Positions 39,270-49,354 of a stretch of 64,000 bases of DNA are shown one piece after another. The stretch's first letter is position 1. Each line of letters begins with the position of its first letter. The notes under the pieces are model-generated. The model made no database searches and was not told the DNA's origin. It was given only the letters and a program-made list of their open reading frames with translations. The DNA is from Candidatus Eiseniibacteriota bacterium (GTDB lineage: Bacteria; Eisenbacteria; RBG-16-71-46): NCBI GenBank assembly GCA_041483195.1, contig JBGPFC010000003.1, positions 32,001 through 96,000 on the forward strand, given 5' to 3'. The position numbers and the translations under genes are program-made.

Positions 39270-40907
39270 ATGCCGATCACGCAGACCCCCGCGCGGCGCC
39301 CGGGCGCCATGGCCTGGATGCCGCTCGCGTGCGGGCTTACCGCGCTCGCGCTCGCCGCGGCGCCATCGCTCGCGGCCAAGTCCGCGCCGGCCCGGAGCGG
39401 AGCCGCGCCGAAGACCGGCGCGAAGTCCGCGGCCGCGCCGCTCCACACCGGGCTCGAATCGCTCGAAAAGCAGGTGAAGGAGTTCACGCTCTCCAACGGG
39501 CTCAAGTTCATCGTGGTCGAGCGCCACGACTCGCCGGTGTTCTCCTTCAGCACCGTGGTCAACGCCGGATCGGCGAACGATCAGGTGGGCACCACCGGCA
39601 TCGCGCACATGATGGAGCACATGGCGTTCAAGGGCACGCCGCTGGTGGGCACCAAGGATTTCGCGGCCGAACAGCCGCTGCTCGATGGCGAGGAGCAGGC
39701 GTGGGGCGCCTATCTCGCCGAGCGCCGCAAGGGCCCGAAGGCCGACGCCGCGAAGCTCGCGGCGCTCGAGCAGGCGTTCAAGAACGCGCAGGAAAAGGCG
39801 CGCGCCGAGGTGGTCTCGAACGGCTTCGCCACGGTGCTCGAGCAGAACGGCGAGCAGAACCTGAACGCTTTCACGTCGAACGACATCACCGCCTACTTCT
39901 ACTCGATGCCTTCCAACCGCCTCGAGCTGTGGGCGCTCATGGAGGGCGGGCGCATGGCGCACCCGGTGTTCCGTGAGTTCTACAAGGAGCGCGACGTCGT
40001 GTACGAAGAGCGCCGCATGCGCTACGAGTCCTCGCCGGTCGGCCGGCTCCTGCTCGAGTTCATCACCTCCTCGTTCCAGGCCCACCCCTACGGCTTCGGC
40101 GGCATCGGCTTCCCCTCGGACCTCAAGAGCTTCAGCCGCACGCAGGGCGAGGCGTTCTACAAGCGGAACTACGTCGCGAAGAACATGGTGGTCTCGCTGG
40201 TGGGCGACGTGAAGGTGGACGAGGCGCAGCGGGACGCGCAGAAATATTTCTCCGACCTGAGCGACGCGCCCGCTCCGCCCCCGCTCGACACGGTCGAGCC
40301 GGAGCAGAAGGCCGAGCGCCGCGTGACCGTCGAGGATCCGGCGCAGCCGTTCATCTTCATCGGCTGGCACATCCCGGCGGAAAGCGATCCCAGCTACCCG
40401 GCCTATCAGGCGCTGGGGAGTTTGCTCGCGGGCGGCGACTTCGCGCGGCTCAACAAGCGGCTGGTGAAGGAGAAGAAGATCGCGGTGCAGGTGCAGGCGG
40501 TGCCGGGATTCCCGGGCACCAAGTACCCGAACCTGTTCATCATGGTGGTGGTGCCGGCCGCCGGCCAGGACCCGCTCGTGGTAGAGCAGGAACTCTACAA
40601 GACCCTCGACGAGATCAAGACCTCGAAGCCCTTCACCCAGGAAGAGCTCGACGGGTACAAGGTGCGCACCCGCGCGCAGAAGATCGGAGCGGCTGAATCG
40701 AACTCAAGCCTCGCGCTCGCGCTCGCCCAGTCCCAGACCATCCAGGGCGACTGGCGCGAGTGGTTCCGCGACCTCGAGCGCGTGCAGGCGCTTGAGGTGA
40801 GCGATCTGACCGGCGTCATGAACAAGGCGCTGGTCAAGAGCAACCGCACGGTCGGCATGATCGTGAATCCCAAGACCGAGACCGCTTCGAGCGGCGGAGG
40901 GCGCTGA
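39270..40907 (+). CDS. M16 (pitrilysin-family) zinc peptidase, HxxEH subunit
   Basis: GGAGG RBS, signal peptide, LSNGL, GIAHMMEHMAFKG, NAFTS, ERDVVYEERR. Confidence 0.93.
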   Translation: MPITQTPARRPGAMAWMPLACGLTALALAAAPSLAAKSAPARSGAAPKTGAKSAAAPLHTGLESLEKQVKEFTLSNGLKFIVVERHDSPVFSFSTVVNAGSANDQVGTTGIAHMMEHMAFKGTPLVGTKDFAAEQPLLDGEEQAWGAYLAERRKGPKADAAKLAALEQAFKNAQEKARAEVVSNGFATVLEQNGEQNLNAFTSNDITAYFYSMPSNRLELWALMEGGRMAHPVFREFYKERDVVYEERRMRYESSPVGRLLLEFITSSFQAHPYGFGGIGFPSDLKSFSRTQGEAFYKRNYVAKNMVVSLVGDVKVDEAQRDAQKYFSDLSDAPAPPPLDTVEPEQKAERRVTVEDPAQPFIFIGWHIPAESDPSYPAYQALGSLLAGGDFARLNKRLVKEKKIAVQVQAVPGFPGTKYPNLFIMVVVPAAGQDPLVVEQELYKTLDEIKTSKPFTQEELDGYKVRTRAQKIGAAESNSSLALALAQSQTIQGDWREWFRDLERVQALEVSDLTGVMNKALVKSNRTVGMIVNPKTETASSGGGR

Positions 40908-40909
40908 CC

Positions 40910-43066
40910 ATGAACGACCGCATGCAGATCCGTCCGCGCGCCGCGACCCTCGTCGCGCTCGCGCTCGCGCTGTGCACAGCGCTGCCGGCACGCGCGGCGC
41001 TCGATTCCAAGTACGACCCCAAGAACCTCACGATCCCCACGCTCAACCCGATCAAGAAGGTGCAGCCCGAGCGCAGCGTGCTCCCGAACGGCATGGTGGT
41101 GTACCTGCTGGCCGACCACACGCTGCCGGTGGTGCAGAGCCAGATCTACGTGAAGAGCAGCCCGACGCTGGAGCCGGCGGACAAGGTGGGGCTCGCCGAC
41201 GTGGCCGGTGAGGTCATGCGCAGCGGCGGCTCTGCTGCGAAGCCCGGCGACTGGCTCGACGACCGGCTGGCGGCGATCGGCGCGAGCGTCAACACCTACA
41301 TCGGCTCCGACTTCGCGGGCGGCTCGACCCGTTGCCTGAGCGAAAACACCGCGGAGGTCATGGCGCTGTTCGCCGAGGTGCTGCGGCGGCCGGCGTTCCC
41401 AGACGACAAGATCGAGCTTGCGAAGGTGGGCCAGCGGCGCGGAATCGCCGGGCGCAACGACGAGCTGTTCGACATCCTGCGCCGCACCGCCGGGTGGGCG
41501 GTGTACGGCAAGGACAGCCCGTACGCCCGCATCGCGGAGTACGCGACGATCGAGGCGATCACGCGTGACGATTGCGTGAAGATGCACGATCGGGCCCTGG
41601 CGCCGAACCGCTCGGTGCTGGTGGTCTATGGCGATTTCGATACCGCCGCGATGAAGAAGCTGATCGCCGCGCAGTTCGGCGACTGGAAGCGCGACGATCG
41701 TCCGCTGCCCGCGCCCCCGCCGCTGCCGCAGCGCGGCGCGCAGCGGGTGATGTTCGCGCCCAAGGAAGACGTCACGCAGTCGGGCATCGTGCTCACCCAC
41801 CCCGGGCATCGCGCCGACAGCCCGGACTACGCGGACATGCAGGTGCTGGAGCAGGCGCTGGGCGGCGGCTTCTCGTCGCGGCTCTTCAACCTGATCCGCA
41901 CCCAGCGCGGCCTCGCCTACGCGACCGGAGCCGACGCCGGAGCCGGGTATTTCCGCCCCGGCATCTTCCTCGCGTACTCGCTCACCCGGAACGACTCGGT
42001 GATGGTGGCGCTCGATCTGCTGCGCTCCGAGGTCGCACGCATCACGCGCGAGCCGGTCGGCCCCGAGGAGCTGAAGATCGCGCGCGACGCCGTGGAGAAT
42101 TCCTTCGTCTTCAACTTCGAGCGGCCCAGCTCGGTCGCGTTCCGGGCCGGCTACTTCGAGCTGGCGGGCTACCCGCAGGACTTCCTCCAGAAGTATCAGG
42201 AGGCCCTGCACAAGGTGACCGCGGAGTCCATGCTCGAGGCCGCGAAGCGCGAGATCGAGCCCGACAAGCTGGTCACGGTGATCGTCGGCAAGGAGAAGGA
42301 ATTCGATCGGCCGCTCGACTCGCTGCACCAGCCGCTCGAGCGCGTCGACATCACGATTCCGCCGCCGCCCTCGAAGACCGCGGTCGGGCCGGCGACGCCC
42401 GAGGCGCTCGCGAAGGGACGGCAGTGGCTGCAGCACGCCGCCGAGGTTACGGGCGGCACCGCAGCGTGGGCGGCGGTCAAGTCGATCGTCTCCGACATGA
42501 AGGTGGCGATCAGCGCGCAGGGGCAGACGCTCTCGCTCGACATCACGCAGTCGTGGGCGCTCCCGGACCGCCAGCTCTCGGTTCAGAAGACCCCGATGGG
42601 CGAGATGTCACAGGGCTTCGACGGCACCGCCGGCTGGGCCAAGATGATGGGGCAGATCCAGGACGATCCGGGCGCTGCGGAACAGATGAAGGAGGAGTTC
42701 GAGCGCTCGTTGTTCCACATCTTCGGCCATCCCGAGGCCATGCAGGTGCAGGCGCTGGACGCGAGCCGGACCGTGGACGGCGTGGAGTACAAGACGGCGT
42801 TCGTGAAGAGCGATCTGGTGCACGACTGGACGATGTACTTCGCGCCAGACGGGAAGCTCGCCCGCATGGACTACCAGGGGACGGGGCGCTCCGGTCCCGC
42901 GAAGCACACCGAGATCGTGGGCGACTGGCGCCCGCTCGGCACGCTCCAGTACCCGTACTCGTTCAAGCTGCTGGTCGACGACAAGCCGGCGATGGACGGC
43001 ACGCTGACCGACGCGAAGCTCAATTCGACTTTCGAAGAGGCGATCTTCAAGAAGCCAGCGAACTGA
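40910..43066 (+). CDS. M16 peptidase partner subunit (no HxxEH) with about 210 aa C-terminal extra domain
   Basis: LPNGM, GGGFSSRLFNLIRTQRGLAY (R/Y pair), then a Pro linker and a beta-rich tail. Confidence 0.88.
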   Translation: MNDRMQIRPRAATLVALALALCTALPARAALDSKYDPKNLTIPTLNPIKKVQPERSVLPNGMVVYLLADHTLPVVQSQIYVKSSPTLEPADKVGLADVAGEVMRSGGSAAKPGDWLDDRLAAIGASVNTYIGSDFAGGSTRCLSENTAEVMALFAEVLRRPAFPDDKIELAKVGQRRGIAGRNDELFDILRRTAGWAVYGKDSPYARIAEYATIEAITRDDCVKMHDRALAPNRSVLVVYGDFDTAAMKKLIAAQFGDWKRDDRPLPAPPPLPQRGAQRVMFAPKEDVTQSGIVLTHPGHRADSPDYADMQVLEQALGGGFSSRLFNLIRTQRGLAYATGADAGAGYFRPGIFLAYSLTRNDSVMVALDLLRSEVARITREPVGPEELKIARDAVENSFVFNFERPSSVAFRAGYFELAGYPQDFLQKYQEALHKVTAESMLEAAKREIEPDKLVTVIVGKEKEFDRPLDSLHQPLERVDITIPPPPSKTAVGPATPEALAKGRQWLQHAAEVTGGTAAWAAVKSIVSDMKVAISAQGQTLSLDITQSWALPDRQLSVQKTPMGEMSQGFDGTAGWAKMMGQIQDDPGAAEQMKEEFERSLFHIFGHPEAMQVQALDASRTVDGVEYKTAFVKSDLVHDWTMYFAPDGKLARMDYQGTGRSGPAKHTEIVGDWRPLGTLQYPYSFKLLVDDKPAMDGTLTDAKLNSTFEEAIFKKPAN

Positions 43067-43091
43067 GCGAAGCTCGCGCGAGATCCTAAGG

Positions 43092-43119
43092 GGCGGCCTC
43101 CCCTCACGGGGGGGCCGCC
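43092..43119. terminator. GC-rich hairpin between convergent genes
   Basis: ggcggcctcccc-tcac-gggggggccgcc; weak U-tract; overlaps the 3' end of the small ORF. Confidence 0.35.
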
Positions 43120-43253
43120 TTGGTCTTGCGCAGCGCGCGTCGCTCCTCGGCCCGCCCCTTGCGGAATCCGTAGGCGTACACCAGCGCGAACGCGAGCAGG
43201 TGGACCACCCACCAGCCGAGCTGCATGAACTTGAGTCCGTCGGGCAGAGGCAT
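43104..43253 (-). CDS. Small (49 aa) single-TM protein, absent from the ORF track
   Basis: GAGGAG RBS; MPLPDGLKFMQLGWWVVHLLAFALVYAYGFRKGRAEERRALRKTKAAPP; G/C-ending codons. Confidence 0.65.
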   Translation of the reverse strand: MPLPDGLKFMQLGWWVVHLLAFALVYAYGFRKGRAEERRALRKTKAAPP

Positions 43254-43426
43254 GGGCTCCTCGCGTTGTGGCGTCTCGGGACGTGGTTCTCAGTCGGGTC
43301 GCTGGCGACTGAAGGGTGGCTGTCCGTCGAGACTACCGTGCGAACGGTGTCTGTCACCAACCAATTGCTCGTGGGACTCGTCAAACAGTTCATTCGCCGG
43401 AGACGAAACCACGAGCGGAGGGCGTG

Positions 43427-45214
43427 ATGGTGCGGGGCAGACATCGGCGGGCCGTTCGATGGGCGCGGTGGCTCGCGGGCGCGTTGTGCGTGGGGTTGGC
43501 CTTTTCTCCGCGGGCATCGGCCGGCGAAGCTCCGCACGACCTCGCCGGGCTCTGGGCTTCGAAGCTGCGCTTCGGTCCCGAGCTGAATGGCACGCTGACG
43601 ATCGAGCGCAGCGGAGGATCCTGGACGGCCGAGATCGCGGGACGGAGCGCCCCGGTCGTGGCCGATGGCGAGCGCCTCTCGTTCGAGCTCGCGGATGGGC
43701 AGGGTGGCTTCCGGGGCCGTCTGGTGCGCGCCGCGCACCCGGCTCGCATCGAAGGCCACTGGATCCAGCCGCCGACGGTCTCGCAGGGTCTGCGTTACGC
43801 GACGCCGATCGTTCTCGGGCCGGTGGGCCCCGATCGCTGGCGAGGCGACGTCGCGCCGCTCGACGACGCATTCACGATCTTCCTCCCGATCCGCAGAGAC
43901 TCGACCGGCACGCTCGGCGCCTGGCTCGGAAATCCGGAGCGCAATCTCGGACGCTTCACGCGCGTCGAACACGTCCGCTTCGACGGCAAGACCGTTCGGC
44001 TCGAGGGCCGGCCGTCGAGCGACGCTCCGCCGCAGGTCGTGGCCGAGGGTCCGTACTCCGAAGCCGACGACGCGTTCGCGCTTCCGCTGCGAGGCGGCAC
44101 CTACGACTTCCATCGCGCGACCGCGGCCGATGACGAGGTCTTCTATCCGCGGGGCCGGGCGCCCGGGACGTGGGTGTATCGCCGGCCCTCCGCCGAGAAC
44201 GACGGCTGGCCGATCGCGAGCCTCGATGAGGTCGGCATCTCGCGCGAGGCCATCGCCCCATTCGTCCAGATGCTGATCGAGACGCCGATGGACTCGGTCC
44301 GCTCGCAACAGATCCACGGCGTGCTGATCGCGCGAAATGGAAGGCTCGTCCTCGAGGAATACTTCCACGGATTTCATCGCGAGCGGCTGCACGACACCCG
44401 CTCCGCGGCGAAGAGCATCACGTCGTTCCTGGTCGGCGCCGCCATGCAGAGCGGCGTTCCGATCTCGCCATCGACCCCGGTCTATCAGGTGATGGAGAGT
44501 CCGGCGACGCTGGCCGGGCTCGAGCCGCGAAAGCGTGCGCTGACGCTCGAGCATCTGCTCACGATGTCCTCGGGGCTCGACATCGACGACTCGGATCCCA
44601 ACTCGGTCGGGAACGAAGAGACGATGCAGGAGCAGCAGGGGCAGCCCGACTGGTACCGTTACACGCTCGACCTCAAGACCGTGCGCGCTCCTGGCGAGAA
44701 GGCGGTCTACGGAAGCGCGAACCCGAACCTCGCGGGCGGCGTGCTCGCGAAGGCCTCCGGCCGCTGGCTGCCCGAGTTGTTCCAGGATCTGGTCGCTGGG
44801 CCGCTGCAAGTCCGGCACTACGCGATGGATCTCCAGCCGAGCGGCGAGGCCTACATGGGCGGAGGCGTTCAGATCGCCCCACGCGACTTCCTGAAGATCG
44901 GGCAGATCTTGATCGATGGCGGACGCTGGCACGGGCGGCAGATCGTGAGCCCCGCGTGGGCCACGAAGTCGACCGCGCGGCTCACGGAAATCGGCCATGC
45001 CGGCTACGGGTACCTCTGGTGGGTCACCGACCTTCCCTACCAGGGCCGCACGGTGCGTGCCTTCTACGCGGGCGGCAACGGCGGCCAGGTCGTCATGGGC
45101 ATCCCGGAGCTGCGCCTCGCGATCGCGTTCTTCGGCGGCAACTACAACGACGCGGTGCTGTTCGTCCCGCAGCGCGTCTACGTGCCGAAGTACATTCTGC
45201 CCGCTGTGAAGTGA
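43427..45214 (+). CDS. Exported serine hydrolase, beta-lactamase class C-like fold, with N-terminal extension
   Basis: Signal peptide, RSAAKS (SxxK), LEHLLTMSSG, PGEKAVYGS, YGYLWW, GGNGGQ. Confidence 0.9.
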   Translation: MVRGRHRRAVRWARWLAGALCVGLAFSPRASAGEAPHDLAGLWASKLRFGPELNGTLTIERSGGSWTAEIAGRSAPVVADGERLSFELADGQGGFRGRLVRAAHPARIEGHWIQPPTVSQGLRYATPIVLGPVGPDRWRGDVAPLDDAFTIFLPIRRDSTGTLGAWLGNPERNLGRFTRVEHVRFDGKTVRLEGRPSSDAPPQVVAEGPYSEADDAFALPLRGGTYDFHRATAADDEVFYPRGRAPGTWVYRRPSAENDGWPIASLDEVGISREAIAPFVQMLIETPMDSVRSQQIHGVLIARNGRLVLEEYFHGFHRERLHDTRSAAKSITSFLVGAAMQSGVPISPSTPVYQVMESPATLAGLEPRKRALTLEHLLTMSSGLDIDDSDPNSVGNEETMQEQQGQPDWYRYTLDLKTVRAPGEKAVYGSANPNLAGGVLAKASGRWLPELFQDLVAGPLQVRHYAMDLQPSGEAYMGGGVQIAPRDFLKIGQILIDGGRWHGRQIVSPAWATKSTARLTEIGHAGYGYLWWVTDLPYQGRTVRAFYAGGNGGQVVMGIPELRLAIAFFGGNYNDAVLFVPQRVYVPKYILPAVK

Positions 45215-45253
45215 TCGCACGGACGCGCTCGGAACGCGGGCCGGCGCGGTCGG

Positions 45254-45739
45254 TCACGTTCCGATCTCGCGTCGCCCGGCGCCACGACCGGCGCCCGCGC
45301 GCGCGCCCAGGCGGGTCAGAAACGCGCGATCGGCGGCGAGCACCTCGCGCAGGTCGATCTCGTCCGGCCGCAGCCAGCGCGTCGCGTGCACGGCCCGGCT
45401 CGGCGTGAAGTCGTGTGAATCGAGCGTGCAGCGGATGAAGACGATCTCGACCGCGAGGCCATGCGGGTAGACGTGGGTCGCGACCTCGAGCACCTCGAGC
45501 GGCGCGGCGCGAACGCCCAGCTCCTCGCGCACCTCGCGCACCAGCGCGTGCTCCGGGGTCTCGCCATCTTCGATCTTGCCGCCGGGCAGCTCCCACTCGA
45601 GTCCGAGCGGTCCGCCCGGCGGACGCTGCGTGATGAGCAGACGATCGGCGTCCCACACCACGGCGGCCGCGACGCGCACCCGTGCGCCCGGCGGCTTCGG
45701 GCCGGGGCGCAGCGGCGTGGAATCGCGGACGTCGTCCAT
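45254..45739 (-). CDS. NUDIX hydrolase, MutT/NudG-like
   Basis: WELPGGKIEDGETPEHALVREVREELG Nudix box. Confidence 0.92.
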   Translation of the reverse strand: MDDVRDSTPLRPGPKPPGARVRVAAAVVWDADRLLITQRPPGGPLGLEWELPGGKIEDGETPEHALVREVREELGVRAAPLEVLEVATHVYPHGLAVEIVFIRCTLDSHDFTPSRAVHATRWLRPDEIDLREVLAADRAFLTRLGARAGAGRGAGRREIGT

Positions 45740-45764
45740 GGTCAGTCGCCCATCCTCGCGGCGC

Positions 45765-46373
45765 TCACTTCCGCGGCGGCGCGCCCCACGCCCTCGCGAT
45801 CTCGTGCTCGAAATGCGCGAGGTAGCGCCGGTCTCCGGCCTCGCGCGCCGCGATCGCGCGCCGCGCCGCCTCGCACAGAAACGAGGCCTCGTGTGGCTCG
45901 ATCTTGCGGCCGCGCCGGCGCAGCGCGCGCGGCACGCGCAGGTATCCGGGCGGCGCGTCGATCACGAGCGGCGAGCGCGCGAGCGCCCACAGGTCGCAGG
46001 CGCGCTCGCCGCGCGGCACCAGCGCGCGCGCCTGGAGCAGGTGCGTGAACTCGTGGGCGACGGTGAAGTACTCGAGCCGCCGCGGCCGCACCCACACGCC
46101 GGGGCGCTCGGGATCGAGCGAGCCCCAGCCGAGGATCCCGCGCTTGAGCGCCATCCCCACGCGCACCGTGGTGCGCTCGAGCTCCGGGAAGAACCGGCGC
46201 ACGAACTCCAGCCGCTCGCGAATGCGGGCCTGATGAGGCGAGCGCAGCACCAGGCGCGAGAACGACCAGCGCGGCTGTGGAGGTCCCAGCTCGAATGCCA
46301 GCTGTTCGAGCGGTCGCGGGCGGCGGCGCGGCGGACGCGGAGGGCGGGCGAGCGCGGCGGGAGACGACGGCAC
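45765..46373 (-). CDS. Hypothetical protein with minimal zincin motif
   Basis: VAHEFTHLLQ...GERACDLWA. Start uncertain. Confidence 0.6.
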   Translation of the reverse strand: MPSSPAALARPPRPPRRRPRPLEQLAFELGPPQPRWSFSRLVLRSPHQARIRERLEFVRRFFPELERTTVRVGMALKRGILGWGSLDPERPGVWVRPRRLEYFTVAHEFTHLLQARALVPRGERACDLWALARSPLVIDAPPGYLRVPRALRRRGRKIEPHEASFLCEAARRAIAAREAGDRRYLAHFEHEIARAWGAPPRK

Positions 46374-46469
46374 GGGCGCGAGTATCTATCACAGCGCGGT
46401 GATGCGGCCAAGCCCGAAGCGGCGCGCGTGGACAACCTGGGGCACCTCTGCAATCCTGTCCGGCCACTC

Positions 46470-47207
46470 ATGCGACCCACCGCGGATCCATCGCCCGTCG
46501 AGATCTCGATCGTGGTTCCCGCCTACAACGAGGCGGAGAGCCTGCCGACGCTGCTGGCCGAGGTGCGCGCGGCGCTCGATGCGACCGGACGCACCTCCGA
46601 GATCGTGGTGGTCGACGACGGCAGCGACGACGGCAGCGCTGCGCTGCTGACCGCCGAGGCGGCGCGCGATCCGCGGCTGCGCTCGATGCGGCTGGCGGCG
46701 CGAACCGGCCAGAGCGCGGCGCTCGCGTACGGCATCCTGCGCGCGCGCGGCGCGATCGTGGTGACGCTCGACGCCGACCTGCAGAACGATCCGGCCGACC
46801 TGCCCCGCGTGCTGGCCGCGCTCGAGCACGCGGACGTGGTGTCGGGCATCCGCCAGCATCGCAGCGACGGCTGGGTGCGGCGGGTGTCGTCCCGGATCGC
46901 GAACGCCACTCGGCGCGCGGTGCTGGGCGACTCGATCTCCGACATCGGGTGCTCCTTCAAGGCCTACCGTCGCGAGGTCCTCGAGGGCCTGCCGATGTTC
47001 GTCGGCGTGCACCGGTTCCTGCCCGCGCTCTGCGAGTTTCGCGGCGCGCGACTGGTCCAGGTTCCGCTCTCCCACCGGCCGCGGCGGCACGGCGCCTCGA
47101 AGTACGGAGTCGGAAACCGCCTGTGGCGCGGCGTGCACGACCTGATCGGCGTCAGCTGGCTCAAGTCGCGTCTCATCCGCACCCGGTTGCGGGAGGAGGA
47201 TCGATGA
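46470..47207 (+). CDS. GT2 polyprenol-phosphate glycosyltransferase (ArnC/DPM-like)
   Basis: SIVVPAYNE, VDDGSDD, TLDADLQNDP, DIGCSFKAYR, HRFLP. Confidence 0.92.
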   Translation: MRPTADPSPVEISIVVPAYNEAESLPTLLAEVRAALDATGRTSEIVVVDDGSDDGSAALLTAEAARDPRLRSMRLAARTGQSAALAYGILRARGAIVVTLDADLQNDPADLPRVLAALEHADVVSGIRQHRSDGWVRRVSSRIANATRRAVLGDSISDIGCSFKAYRREVLEGLPMFVGVHRFLPALCEFRGARLVQVPLSHRPRRHGASKYGVGNRLWRGVHDLIGVSWLKSRLIRTRLREEDR

Positions 47208-47500
47208 ACGATTGGTTCCGCTCGCCGATGGGCTGGACCGCGCTCGGATTCGCGGGCCAGATGCTGTTCGGCTCGCGCTTCGTCGTGCAGTGGTGGGCGT
47301 CCGAGCGGCGGCGCAGCATCGTGATCCCGACCGCGTTCTGGATGCTGAGCACGGTGGGCGGCGCGGCGCTGCTCGCCTACGCCGTGCACAAGCGCGACCC
47401 GGTGTTCGCGGCCGGGCAGGCGGCCGGGTTGCTCATCTACCTGCGCAACCTCACGCTCGCGAAGCGCGAGCGCGCGGTGGGAGGCCAGGGCGGCGCGTGA
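47204..47500 (+). CDS. Lipid-A-disaccharide synthase N-terminal (LAB_N) domain membrane protein
   Basis: GQMLFGSRFVVQWWASE...FWMLS...DPVF...GQ...IYLRNL. Confidence 0.88.
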   Translation: MNDWFRSPMGWTALGFAGQMLFGSRFVVQWWASERRRSIVIPTAFWMLSTVGGAALLAYAVHKRDPVFAAGQAAGLLIYLRNLTLAKRERAVGGQGGA

Positions 47501-49077
47501 AGCCGCCGCGCCTGCCCGCCCTCGCCGGCGCCCGGGTCGCGCTGCTCACGATGGCGATCGCGCTGGCCGCGACCGCGGGCGCGATCGGGCTCATCGAGCC
47601 CACCGAGACGCGCTATGCGGAGATCGCGCGCGAGATGCGCGCGAGCGGCGACTGGCGCGATCCCCGGCTCGACGGGATCCTCCACTTCCACAAGCCGCCG
47701 CTCGCGTACTGGGCGGTCGCGGCGGGCTTCGCGCTAGCTGGCACCAACGAATGGGGCGCGCGCCTGCCCGCCGCGCTCGCGACCCTGCTCGCGCTCGGAT
47801 GCACCGCCCTCGCCGCGCGGCGGCGCTTCGCCTCGCTCGCGATTCGTCCCGGGCTCGCGGTGTGGCTGCTCGGCTCGTGCGTGCTGGTCGCGACCGCAGG
47901 CCGCGCGCTCGCGAGCGATCCGTTCCTCGCGGCGGCGGTCGCTGCGTTCTGGGCGCTCGCGCCATCGCCCTGGGCGCTGCTCGCGCTGGGCCTCGGCTTC
48001 CTCGCCAAGGGACCGGTGGTGTTCGTGCCCACCGCGCTCGCGGTGTTCGCCGCCGCCGCCTTCGCGCGCGAGCGCGCGCCGCTCGCGCTGCTGGGCCCCG
48101 GGCGCGGATGGATCGCGTTCGGGGCGGTCGTGCTGCCGTGGTACGTGATCGTCGTCGCGCGCACCCCCGGGCTGCTCCCCTACTTCTTCGGAAACCAGCT
48201 GTGGGCGCGCTACGCGACGACCGAGCATCAGCGCGGGGGCCCGCCCTGGTACTTCCTCGTGGTGCTGATCGCCGGCGCGCTGCCGTGGACGCCCGCGCTG
48301 ATCGCGGGGGGCCTTCGCACCTGGCGTGAGCGCGGTTCGCGCGATGCGCGCCTGCTGCTGGCCTGGCTCATCGCCCCGCTGGTGTTCTTCTCGACCTCGG
48401 GCTCGAAGTTGCCGGCGTACCTGCTGCCGGCGTTTCCGGCCGCCGCGATGCTGGCCGCGCGCGGCCTCGATCCGGGTTCGCGCGTGGTGCGGTTCGGGAT
48501 CGCGGTGGTGCTCGCCGCGCTCGCGATCGCGGGCTGGACGCTGGGACCCGCCGCGCTCGGGCGGTTCGTCGGGATCGTTCCCGCTCGGTCCGTGCCGCTG
48601 CCGCTCGCGGCACACGTGGGCCTCGCCTGCCTGGGATTGGCCGCCACCTCGATGGCGCGCGCCCGCGCGCCACGCGGCGCGCTGCTGGTCACGCTCGGGA
48701 CGATCGCGCTGATCGTCGCGCTCTCGCCCTACGAGTCGCGGATCGGCTCGGCGCGCGGGCTGGTGCGGGTGCTGCGCGAGAACCGCGCGCCCGGGGAGCC
48801 GGTGGTCGAGGTCGCGCGCTTCGATGCCGGGCTGCCGTTCTATCTGGGCGAGCGCGTGCGGCTGCTCGATGTTCCGCGCGAGACCGGGTTCGACGACGCG
48901 CCGCATCGCGCGGCGGTGATCGTCACGCGCGATTCCATCGCGGCGATGGCGGCGCGCGGGCGCGTGTGGCTGTTCGGCCCCGGGGCCGCGAGCGCGGAGC
49001 TCGCGGCGGGACTCGGGCTGCGCTATCAGCCCACGGCGCGCCGGCTCGGCAGCGTGCTCGGATTCGTCACGCGCTGA
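47497..49077 (+). CDS. ArnT/PMT-family (GT-C) glycosyltransferase
   Basis: ETRYAEIAREM, HKPPLAYW, KGP, KLPAYLLP; GTGA overlap with the upstream gene. Confidence 0.88.
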   Translation: MKPPRLPALAGARVALLTMAIALAATAGAIGLIEPTETRYAEIAREMRASGDWRDPRLDGILHFHKPPLAYWAVAAGFALAGTNEWGARLPAALATLLALGCTALAARRRFASLAIRPGLAVWLLGSCVLVATAGRALASDPFLAAAVAAFWALAPSPWALLALGLGFLAKGPVVFVPTALAVFAAAAFARERAPLALLGPGRGWIAFGAVVLPWYVIVVARTPGLLPYFFGNQLWARYATTEHQRGGPPWYFLVVLIAGALPWTPALIAGGLRTWRERGSRDARLLLAWLIAPLVFFSTSGSKLPAYLLPAFPAAAMLAARGLDPGSRVVRFGIAVVLAALAIAGWTLGPAALGRFVGIVPARSVPLPLAAHVGLACLGLAATSMARARAPRGALLVTLGTIALIVALSPYESRIGSARGLVRVLRENRAPGEPVVEVARFDAGLPFYLGERVRLLDVPRETGFDDAPHRAAVIVTRDSIAAMAARGRVWLFGPGAASAELAAGLGLRYQPTARRLGSVLGFVTR

Positions 49078-49354
49078 ACGCGCGCGCCCATCCGGCCGAG
49101 CGCGCGGCCGATGCGCGGCCATCGCCGATCCCCGCGAAATACCGCCATGATTTTCGCTCCGAATGGTTCCCGTGCGCCGCCCGCGCGCAGCGGCGAGAAT
49201 CTGGCTGCCGCCGGGCCCGGCGGCCGGCGCGCGTGACGCCATCGGCCAGCCTCCCGCGTGCGCCCGAAGCGATTGCGAACAAATGCCGAGGCCACGGCAC
49301 GCTCCACCTCATGTCCCCCTCCGGCGCACTCCCGCGGGTGCAGGTCGCCGCGCG

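Noticed and set aside
43427..45214. Bona fide beta-lactamase resistance gene
   Set aside because: Has SxxK but YGS rather than YxN and no KTG; looks like a generic esterase/amidase of this fold.
46470..49077. GT2-LAB_N-ArnT cluster as a novel system
   Set aside because: A known widespread arrangement for lipid-carrier-dependent envelope glycosylation; the sugar donor cannot be determined here.
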